64,000 nucleotides of DNA from an uncultured Coriobacteriaceae bacterium (GTDB lineage: Bacteria > Actinomycetota > Coriobacteriia > Coriobacteriales > Atopobiaceae). The notes under the pieces are model-generated. The model had not been told where the DNA came from. It saw nothing but the letters and a program-made list of their open reading frames with translations, and searched no databases. The stretch is from contig CACYGL010000003.1 of the NCBI GenBank assembly GCA_902773995.1, forward strand, positions 1,986 to 65,985. Direction: 5' to 3'. Both the position numbers and the translations under genes were made by a program. Numbering within the stretch: position 1 is the stretch's first letter; each line of letters begins with the position of its first letter. Of the stretch, positions 44,936 through 52,690 are shown one piece after another.

Positions 44936-47668
44936 CTACTCGTTGTGCGAGTTCATGCGACGACGGACGAGAACCGCTGCTGCTGCGAGCGCGGCACCAA
45001 TGCTGGCTATGCCGGCGACGAGCGGCCAATGGGTTGTGGCGTCGCTGGTCTGGGGCAGGGGAGCCTTGATGGGAGCGGCGACGGTGGTCTTTGCTGTGGG
45101 CTCTGAGATCGTCATGGGTGCAGCGGCGGCCGGGGTCTCTACTTTCTCCCACTGCGCGTAGAGCGTGGTCGCGCCCTGCGGGAGGGTCAGTGGGTCGGCG
45201 GGGTCGTAGGAGGTCCCGGAGCCGTCGGGCTCGGTGTTCCAGCCCGCGAAGCGCCATCCCTCGCGCTCGAAGCCGTTCTCGGCCACGCCGACCGCGGAGC
45301 CGGGCGCGCCCTCCGCGCCGTCGACCGAGCCGGACTCGGCGCCGTTGCCGTCGTAGGAGAGGGTGGCGTACTTCGCGAAGGTCCACGTGCCGAGCAGCTC
45401 CGCGTCGGAAGCCCCCATGGTCACGGTCGAACCCGCCGCCTGGCTGGCGAGCTCCCAGCCGCCGAAGGTCCAATAGCCGTGGTTGGCGGGGTCGTCGACG
45501 ACCTCCCCGTTCGCAGGAGCGGTCGAGACAGCGACCTTCTCACCCGGCCAGAGATAGCCAGATGTGGCGGGAACCAACGTTATGCTCTCGGGATAGGCCG
45601 AGGAGTCAATGCCGTTGGCGCCGACGTAGTTGTACTGATAGCTCACGCGGTGACCTTCTGCCCACTGGGCGTAGAGCACATCATCGCCCGTGGTAAGCAT
45701 GTAGTGGTCGATGTCCGCGAGGTATGTCTTTCCGGTGCCGTCTGCGCTCGTGTTCCAGTTGAGGAAGCGCCATCCCTCGCGCTCGAAGCCGTTCTTGGCA
45801 ACAACCACGAGGCCCCCGGTGACACCATCGCTAGGGTCGACGGTCCCAGTGTAGCTGCCCTCGGGAGCGTTTGCATAGTAGGTGAGTTGGTCTGGGTTGG
45901 CCGTGAAGACCCACTTACCCACAAACTGGAGGTCGGAATCGCCGACGGTTACGCTGGTGCCCACGGCGTTGTCATTGAGCGTCCATCTCTGGAAAGTCCA
46001 CGTGCCGCCGTTGGCAGTGTCCTTAACGGTTTGGCCGGTTGTGGGCGTGGTGGATACCGTCACGGAAGAGCCCTGGTTGTAGCCGTTTGTATCCGTGGGG
46101 ACTGCGGGTATGGTATCGGGATGCGACTCTGGTCCCTCGTACGTATACGAGTAGGAGACGTGCCGTGTGGCGTAATCGCTGATGGTAACCGCACTGCTGG
46201 TAGAGTCAATGGTCGCCGTGGTGTTGAGGCTTCCGGTCGTGCCCTCGGCCCCGGTTACGCCAAAGGCGTATTGGTAAGTGAAGGTTGCCTCCACGCTTGC
46301 GGTGAGCTCGTTCTTCTCGATGTCGCTCTTGGTAAGCGTGTACTGGACTGATCCGGTGTAGGTGTCACCTGTCGCTGCGCTTACGCCATCTGCAGCCGAA
46401 GCATCGGTGGCGCTGGTCGTAGAAGATGAGGGGCTGGGGTCCGACTGGGTATAGTTGGTGAGTGGAATGCTTGTGCTTCCCACGTGAACGATGGGCGAGC
46501 CTTTCAAGGTGGCCTGGTAGACGTTGTCAATGTCGCCTGCCTTGAGTGTCACGTTGAGCGTGACCACGTCGCCCGCCTTGAGCGTGGTGTTGGGGTTGTC
46601 TATCATGATGCTCGCGGTAGGCGTGGGCTGGGTTGCCGTTGCGTTAATGGAGAGCGTGTCCCCATTCTTGTGGTAGGCAGTTCCCCAGCCAAACGTTCCC
46701 AAGTAGCCTGCGTCAATCATTCTCTGCCTGTCGGCTTTGGAAACATAGCTGCCTGGACGGCCGAGGTACGTGCCAGAAAGCGCATAGATGTAGTTGTTGA
46801 CATCGGCAGAGTCAACACGGGTGAGCAGGTAGTTGGCCGTGGGTTTGACAAAGACGTTCACGAACGTCTCCCCGCCGTTCTGGAGGCCGGGAACTGTGAT
46901 GGTGGCTGAACCGTTGAGGGTGCCCTCTGAGAGCACTGTCCCGCTTGTGTTAACGACCATATAGTACGCGTCAATGTTCGACAGGGTAGGCGCAAGCGTC
47001 ATGGTCTTCTGCCATACCGCATAGAGGGATGTTGAAGAATCGGGAACGGCGTAGGTGGCGCCTGGCGCATAGTCGACGGTCGACGAGTTTGGTGTTGTTG
47101 ACCAACCAACAAGGGTACTTGCCTGATTGCCTGTGAGCGTAAGCTGGCTTGCCGTGGGAAGCGTGATGGTTGAGCCCGGTGTGGCGCTAACCGAGCTGCT
47201 GACCCCCGACGCGAAGGTGCCACCGTATGCGATATACCTCACGGTTACCGTTGAAGCTGCGGGGGTCGCCGTGGCGCTACTGTCGCTGCTCGTCGTAGAG
47301 GCGATGGCGGCAACGGGAGCGGCTGTCGCCTCGGTGGTCGCCGAGGGTGCGCTGCCAGTCGTGGTGCCGGTCGAAGCGGAACTCCCGTCCGAATTGTCCG
47401 TTGCTGCTGCGCCGCTCGTACCGTTGCTCGTCTCTGTCGCGGTCGGGCTGGCGGAGTCTGTCGTCTTGGTGGTGCTCGTCGTTTCGCCCGTCGCGCTGGT
47501 CTCGGCAGTGTCTTGCGTAGAGGCCACGGTCGTGGTGCTTTCTGCAGTGGACGAGTCCGCGATGGCGGGCGTGGGCATCATCGATGCCACAAGCGTCAGG
47601 GCAACGGCGCTCGAAAGTATGGGCGAGCGCCGCCAGTCCTTTCGCGTGACGGTTGAGTCCACGCGCAT
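44936..47668 (-). CDS. Cell-wall-anchored surface protein with Listeria-Bacteroides (InlB B-type) repeats
   Basis: ATG 47668 is the likely start. A signal peptide ends ...PAIADSS, followed by an S/T-rich region. The GW..W.T..DGSGT.Y....LYAQW motif repeats several times. The C-terminus is LPQTS, then a hydrophobic helix, then RRRMNSHNE. Confidence 0.85.
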   Translation of the reverse strand: MRVDSTVTRKDWRRSPILSSAVALTLVASMMPTPAIADSSTAESTTTVASTQDTAETSATGETTSTTKTTDSASPTATETSNGTSGAAATDNSDGSSASTGTTTGSAPSATTEATAAPVAAIASTTSSDSSATATPAASTVTVRYIAYGGTFASGVSSSVSATPGSTITLPTASQLTLTGNQASTLVGWSTTPNSSTVDYAPGATYAVPDSSTSLYAVWQKTMTLAPTLSNIDAYYMVVNTSGTVLSEGTLNGSATITVPGLQNGGETFVNVFVKPTANYLLTRVDSADVNNYIYALSGTYLGRPGSYVSKADRQRMIDAGYLGTFGWGTAYHKNGDTLSINATATQPTPTASIMIDNPNTTLKAGDVVTLNVTLKAGDIDNVYQATLKGSPIVHVGSTSIPLTNYTQSDPSPSSSTTSATDASAADGVSAATGDTYTGSVQYTLTKSDIEKNELTASVEATFTYQYAFGVTGAEGTTGSLNTTATIDSTSSAVTISDYATRHVSYSYTYEGPESHPDTIPAVPTDTNGYNQGSSVTVSTTPTTGQTVKDTANGGTWTFQRWTLNDNAVGTSVTVGDSDLQFVGKWVFTANPDQLTYYANAPEGSYTGTVDPSDGVTGGLVVVAKNGFEREGWRFLNWNTSADGTGKTYLADIDHYMLTTGDDVLYAQWAEGHRVSYQYNYVGANGIDSSAYPESITLVPATSGYLWPGEKVAVSTAPANGEVVDDPANHGYWTFGGWELASQAAGSTVTMGASDAELLGTWTFAKYATLSYDGNGAESGSVDGAEGAPGSAVGVAENGFEREGWRFAGWNTEPDGSGTSYDPADPLTLPQGATTLYAQWEKVETPAAAAPMTISEPTAKTTVAAPIKAPLPQTSDATTHWPLVAGIASIGAALAAAAVLVRRRMNSHNE

Positions 47669-47980
47669 GTGCTGCGGGTCATGATTGCAACTGCTCGTGT
47701 TGCGTTTTCCTCCCCTGACTAACCCTGGGTCGCACCCCAATGTGATACGCCGTCTAATGGTAGTGCTTCGGGGACATTTGAGCGCATTTATAAATGTAAA
47801 TTTACCTATCTATGACGAATCTATGGTGGTCAAAAATTCAGATAACACCCAGGTAAATTCCGTTATGCCATCTCCTCTCGCCTTCTGCCGGAACGTCGCG
47901 TGCGGCGCGCTCTCGTGGCATATAGTCGTTAGGTAAGTGGGGAGAGGCCTCGCAATCCAAGCAGTCGCGGGAGGGCGTCT

Positions 47981-49084
47981 ATGAAAATCAAGGCTTTGGT
48001 CATGCACGAGAAGAACGGTCCGTACTGCATGGAGGACGTCGAGCTGGACGAGCCGAAGGACAACGAGGTTCTCGTGCGCAACGTTGCCTCTGGCATCTGC
48101 CATACCGACGAGTTTGGCCGCTCACAGGGCGTGCCCATCGCGCTGCCGCTGGTACTGGGCCACGAAGGCGCTGGCATCGTGGAGCGCGTGGGCGCCAACG
48201 TTGATGACCTCAAGCCCGGCGACCACGTGGGCATCACCTACGCCTTCGACGGCACCTGCCCGGCCTGCCAGGCGCACGAGCCGTACTACTGCGAGAACTT
48301 CAACCAGATTAACTTTGGCGGCGTTGCCACGGACGGTACGACCCGCCTGCACCAGGATGGCCACGACGTGAGCATGTTCTTTGGACAGTCTTCGTTCGCG
48401 ACCTACTCGGTGGCCAACGCTGCCTCGGTTTGAAAGGTGGACGATGACGTTGACCTGGGCATCGTTGCTCCTTTGGGCTGCGGCGTGCAGACGGGTGCCG
48501 GTGCCATGATCAACGTGGCACACGTGGACGAGACAAGCGCCGTTGCCGTCTTTGGCTGCGGCGCCGTGGGTATGTCGGCCATCATGGGTGCTGCCGTTGC
48601 GGGGGCCAAGGTCATTATCGCAGTGGGCGGTAACCCCAAGAGCCTGGCCCTTGCGCGCGAGCTTGGCGCTACCCACACAATCAACCGCAAGGAGGTGGAT
48701 GATGTTCCAGCGGCGGTCCGCAAGATCTGCCCGGCCGGCGTCGACGCCACGGTGGACACCTCGGGCAACCAGTACATGATGGTCAACGCCATCCGCAGCC
48801 TCAAGTTCCACGGAATGTTCCTGCCCGTTGCGGCGGCTGGCTGCATCGACCACTTTGACGTGGGCGGCGACATCATGATGCCCATGCGTACCATGAAGGG
48901 CACCTGCGAGGGAGAGTCCGACCCCAAGACCTTCGTCCCGCAGATGGTGCGTTGGTACAAGGAGGGCCGCTTCCCCGTGGACAAGATCCTCTCGTTCTAC
49001 GACTTCTCCGAGATAGACAAGGCCCTTGCGGACACTTCCGGTGGCAAGGCGATTAAGGCCGTGCTCAGGATTTCGAAGCAGTAG
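47981..49084 (+). pseudogene. Zn-dependent alcohol dehydrogenase (aryl-alcohol DH-like) interrupted by a single in-frame TGA at 48431-48433
   Basis: ORFs 47981..48433 and 48437..49084 share one frame. Together they give a complete MDR-family ADH (GICHTDE, GHEGAG, GCGAVG Rossmann). The only defect is ...ANAASV*KVDDDV... Confidence 0.75.
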
Positions 49085-49109
49085 TCTCGTCACTTGGTCC
49101 TGCTTTCTT

Positions 49110-49193
49110 AGGCACCCCCTTCGTGTGGTTGACAGTCTTGTTCTATCTGTTATAGTTCAAATAGAACAAATACTGTCACCGCGAAGGGGGTGC
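49110..49193 (+). promoter_or_regulatory. Promoter and nested palindromic operator of the GntR/DUF1648 operon
   Basis: TTGACA (49128-49133), a 16-nt spacer and TATAGT (49150-49155) form the promoter. Nested inverted repeats are TTGTTCTAT/ATAGAACAA (49137-45 / 49160-68), GACAGT/ACTGTC, and the outer GGCACCCCCTTCG/CGAAGGGGGTGCC (49110-22 / 49181-93). Confidence 0.6.
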
Positions 49194-49197
49194 CAGC

Positions 49198-49629
49198 ATG
49201 CCCGTCGTGATTGACCAGATGTCGGAAGAGCCCATCTACCGGCAGATTCGCGCGCAGGTGATAGAGGCCATCGCTACGGGGGAGCTTTCCCCCGGTGACT
49301 CTCTTCCCTCGGTGCGCTTGCTCGCGCGCGACCTTGGTGTGAACCTCCATACCGTGAACAAGGCGTATGCCGTCCTGCGCGACGAGGGCTACCTCATTAT
49401 GCGCGGCCGTTCCGGCGCTTTTGTAGCCGATGCGGATGGTACGTCTGCCAGGCGCCTCTCAGCCGAGCAGGACCAGCTCATGGCACGTGAGCTGCTGCGA
49501 CTTGCGGTTGCGTATAGGGCACGCGGAGGCTCGGAGCAAGGCTTTGTGGAGGAGGCGGCCCGCCAGGCGCGTGCGGCATACGGGGTGGGAGAGTCCTTGG
49601 CCAAAGGAGATGGTACGGATGAGTGCTGA
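49198..49629 (+). CDS. GntR family transcriptional regulator (YtrA subfamily)
   Basis: The wHTH is PIYRQIRAQVIEAIATGELSPGDSLPSVRLLARDLGVNLHTVNKAYAVL, with a short C-terminal helical domain. Confidence 0.85.
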   Translation: MPVVIDQMSEEPIYRQIRAQVIEAIATGELSPGDSLPSVRLLARDLGVNLHTVNKAYAVLRDEGYLIMRGRSGAFVADADGTSARRLSAEQDQLMARELLRLAVAYRARGGSEQGFVEEAARQARAAYGVGESLAKGDGTDEC

Positions 49630-50728
49630 GTCTGTCCTTTCGGTAGTCACGATCCTCATTCTTGTGCCACTGTGTGGCGTGGTCTTTGCCCTGACTCCCT
49701 GGCTCACGCCAAAGGGCGAGCTCTTCTCGGTGAGCGTTCCCACTGCCGCGGCAAGTGACCCACGGGCCCGGTCGCTCAAGCGTGCCTACTCGCTGTGGGT
49801 GCTTGCGGTGACGGCTTTGCTTACGGTCTGGGTTTCCTACGTGCTGGTTGCGATACATCCCAACATGGCGGCCCTTGCCTCCTGCGTGGCAATGGTTGTG
49901 CTGGTGCTCTTTGGCTACTTCCTCATGCTGCATTACCGCGATAAGGCACAGGACCTCAAGCGGGCCCGCGGCTGGAAGGCTAGGGGAAGAAAGAGCGCGG
50001 CGATGCTCGGTGGCGTGGGCGTCCCCAAACCTGTACCCCTGGGCTGGGAGCTTCTCAACATTCTGCCCATAGCGGCCTCGGTCATGGTCGCCGTGTTGGG
50101 CTACGACAGTGCGCCGGACCTCATCCCCATTCACGCGGGAATGGACGGCGTCGTGAATGGCTGGGCCGAGAAGTCAGTGCCGGTCATGCTTCTGCCCATC
50201 GTCTTTCAGCTGGCAATGGCCGGCACGATGACCATCTCCCATGCCATGCTTCTGGGTTCGAAGCGGCCAATCGACCCGCGTCGTCCCGCGTCGAGCGCCT
50301 TCGCCTACGGTGCCTATGTCCACGCGTGGAGTGCGTGCTGCGTTGGCATGGGCCTGGCGGTGAACGCGTCCGGGGTGGTGCTGGAGGCATCCATGGTGGG
50401 ATGGGTTTCGTTTGACGTTGGCGGTACGACGCTCACGGCTGTTGCCTTGGCCGTGCTTGTCCCCTGCGTGGTTCTCGCCGTGCGCTACGGGCAGAATGGA
50501 ACCAGGCTCCTCGCGCGTCTGCCCGAGGACTTTACGCTTCCCGCGGATGACGATGACCGCTGGTACGGCGGCGTGTTCTATGCCAACCGAAAGGACCCGG
50601 CGGTCGTGGTGCCCAAGCGCTTTGGGATTGGCTGGACGCTCAACCTGGGCAGGCCGGCAAGTTGGCTCATTGTGGCTGGGCTGGTTGCCATCTGCGTGGT
50701 GGCCGTGGTAGCGACGGTGCAGGGATAG
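49619..50728 (+). CDS. DUF1648/DUF5808-type polytopic membrane protein
   Basis: ATG 49619 overlaps the GntR stop. Multiple TM helices are present. The C-terminus is FGIGWTLNLGRP. This is the typical partner of YtrA-type regulators. Confidence 0.65.
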   Translation: MSAESVLSVVTILILVPLCGVVFALTPWLTPKGELFSVSVPTAAASDPRARSLKRAYSLWVLAVTALLTVWVSYVLVAIHPNMAALASCVAMVVLVLFGYFLMLHYRDKAQDLKRARGWKARGRKSAAMLGGVGVPKPVPLGWELLNILPIAASVMVAVLGYDSAPDLIPIHAGMDGVVNGWAEKSVPVMLLPIVFQLAMAGTMTISHAMLLGSKRPIDPRRPASSAFAYGAYVHAWSACCVGMGLAVNASGVVLEASMVGWVSFDVGGTTLTAVALAVLVPCVVLAVRYGQNGTRLLARLPEDFTLPADDDDRWYGGVFYANRKDPAVVVPKRFGIGWTLNLGRPASWLIVAGLVAICVVAVVATVQG

Positions 50729-50806
50729 AACGGGCAGCTTGTCTTGCAGCCGATTGGGTGGGAACCTTCGGTACGGCCTCGGATGCTCCTTTCGGGTGCT
50801 GCCTCT

Positions 50807-51062
50807 CTAGTTATTGAACGATATTTCTAGCGAGAAGGCCATTCTCCCAGTTGAGCGATGCGAGTGATAGAAATAGCGCGCAATAATTTCGTGCATGCGC
50901 TGCCGGGCCTGATGTAGCCAAGTCCTCTGTTGCCGTCCACCACGAAGCCTCTCTCGCTCACGGGTTTTCAGCGGTCTGGTGCTCATCCTGTTGGGTAGAT
51001 AGGTCTCGGTCATGCGTCGGTGACACAGACGTTGCCGGCGCTCAACGGGAAGGAAGGGCTCT
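50807..51062 (-). mobile_element. Possible degenerate remnant of a DDE (rve-type) transposase C-terminus
   Basis: The segment has lower GC. The translated tail ...MHEIIARYFYHSHRSTGRMAFSLE loosely resembles the ..YYNHxRPHxxLxxxTPxE end of integrase-core transposases. The evidence is very weak. Confidence 0.2.
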
Positions 51063-52226
51063 ATGGTTAATCGCTTTGTCCTCAACACCATCTCGTATCA
51101 CGGCTCCGGGGCCATCAAGGAAATCCCCGGCGAGCTGAGCCGTCGCGGCCTCACCAAGGCATTTGTCTGCTCCGACCCCGACCTTGTGAAGTTTGGCGTC
51201 ACTGCCAAGGTGACCGACCTTCTCGACGAGGCGGGCTTCCCCTATGTGGTCTACTCGGAGATCAAGCCCAACCCAACCATCAAGAACGTGCAGGATGGCG
51301 TGGCTGCCATGGCTGACTCTGGTGCGGACTGCATCATTGCCATTGGCGGCGGATCCTCCATGGACACCGCCAAGGCCATCGGCGTCATCCACGAGAACCC
51401 CGAGTTCGCGGACGTCCGCTCGCTCGAGGGCGTGGCGGAAACCAAGAATCACGCCACATTTACCATCGCCGTGCCCACCACGGCAGGCACCGCGGCCGAG
51501 GTCACGATCAACTACGTGATTACCGATCCCGAGAAGGTCCGCAAGTTCGTCTGCGTGGACACCAATGACATTCCCGAGGTCGCCGTCGTTGATCCGGACA
51601 TGATGGCATCGATGCCCGTTGGTCTCACGGCTGCAACCGGCATGGACGCGCTCACCCACGCGATCGAGGGCTACACCACCAAGGGTGCCTGGGAGCTCTC
51701 GGACATGTTCCACCTCGAGGCCATTCGCATCATCTCGCACAACCTGCGCGAGGCCGTGGCCGAGGCAAAGTCCAAGGAGCCGGGCGAGGGCCGCAAGGAG
51801 ATGGCGCTGGGCCAGTACATCGCCGGCATGGGCTTCTCCAATGTTGGCCTGGGTATCGTGCACTCCATGGCGCATACGCTCTCGGCGCACTATGACACCC
51901 CGCACGGTGTGGCCTGCGCTATGCTCCTGCCCGTGTGCATGGAGTACAACGCCGACGCCTGCGGCGAGCGCTACCGCGAGATTGGCCGCGTGATGGACGT
52001 GGCCGGCTGGGACACCGACCCCATCGACGTGGTGAACAAGAACGTGGTTGCCGCCGTCGCCAAGCTCGGCGAGGACGTGGGCATCCCCAAGACCTGCAAC
52101 GGCCTGGTGGAGGCCGACCTCGACCAGCTCGCAGACGACGCTGCCGCCGACGCGTGCTTCCCCGGCACGCCCAAGCCTGCCGACCACGAGACCATCAAGG
52201 CCCTGTTCCGCAAGGTTATGGCATAG
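51063..52226 (+). CDS. Iron-containing (group III) alcohol dehydrogenase, lactaldehyde reductase-like
   Basis: RBS is GGAAGGAAGGG. AIGGGSSMDTAKA and the His cluster HSMAHTLSAHYDTPHG are present. Confidence 0.85.
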   Translation: MVNRFVLNTISYHGSGAIKEIPGELSRRGLTKAFVCSDPDLVKFGVTAKVTDLLDEAGFPYVVYSEIKPNPTIKNVQDGVAAMADSGADCIIAIGGGSSMDTAKAIGVIHENPEFADVRSLEGVAETKNHATFTIAVPTTAGTAAEVTINYVITDPEKVRKFVCVDTNDIPEVAVVDPDMMASMPVGLTAATGMDALTHAIEGYTTKGAWELSDMFHLEAIRIISHNLREAVAEAKSKEPGEGRKEMALGQYIAGMGFSNVGLGIVHSMAHTLSAHYDTPHGVACAMLLPVCMEYNADACGERYREIGRVMDVAGWDTDPIDVVNKNVVAAVAKLGEDVGIPKTCNGLVEADLDQLADDAAADACFPGTPKPADHETIKALFRKVMA

Positions 52227-52247
52227 GCGAGAAAAGCTTTAGGCGAT

Positions 52248-52281
52248 GGTCCGGCTGGGGCTACCTGGCCGGGCCTTTTTT
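52248..52281 (+). terminator. Rho-independent terminator
   Basis: GGTCCGGCTGG-GGCTAC-CTGGCCGGGCC followed by TTTTTT. Confidence 0.75.
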
Positions 52282-52321
52282 CTCGGCTGGGGCGTAGTCC
52301 TTGGCCCTGCCAGGGAAGACT

Positions 52322-52478
52322 ATGGCCGAGAAAATACACGCCGCCGAGAAAACCTGCGGCTGTGAAATTACACGCCGCCGAGAAAATACACGCCGCCGAG
52401 AAAACCTGCGGCTGTGAAATTACATGCCGCCGAGAAAATACACGCCGCCGAGAAAACCTGCGGCTTAATAGCACCCTC
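52322..52478. repeat. Three tandem copies of a 52-bp composite repeat (18-nt and 34-nt sub-units)
   Basis: CCGAGAAAA starts at 52326, 52344, 52378, 52396, 52430 and 52448. A seventh, degenerate CCGAGAAGG starts at 52478. Confidence 0.9.
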
Positions 52479-52690
52479 CGAGAAGGCCGCGTGCCTTCTA
52501 CCTGCGGTTTCTCTCAGCGGCGCCCTAGGCTAACTGCTATTAAGTCGCAGGTTTGGTGAGAGCCGGACCGACGACGGGTCGGCACCACAGGCTAACTGCA
52601 ATTTAGCCTCAGAGTTCTCCCCACCTGCATGTGTTCGTGGCATACTGCCTCATACCAACTGCCCGCTGGGCCATACGCGAAGGGACATCC

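Noticed and set aside
48431-48433. Selenocysteine decoding of the in-frame TGA in the alcohol dehydrogenase.
   Set aside because: The position is not a known catalytic Cys/Sec site in this family. The downstream hairpin is short and lacks an obvious SECIS-like apical loop. A nonsense mutation is the simpler explanation. The idea is kept only as a check within the finding.
52322-52478. A CRISPR array.
   Set aside because: The sequences between the boxes are themselves repeated identically, with an exact 52-bp period. This is a tandem repeat, not repeat-plus-unique-spacer.
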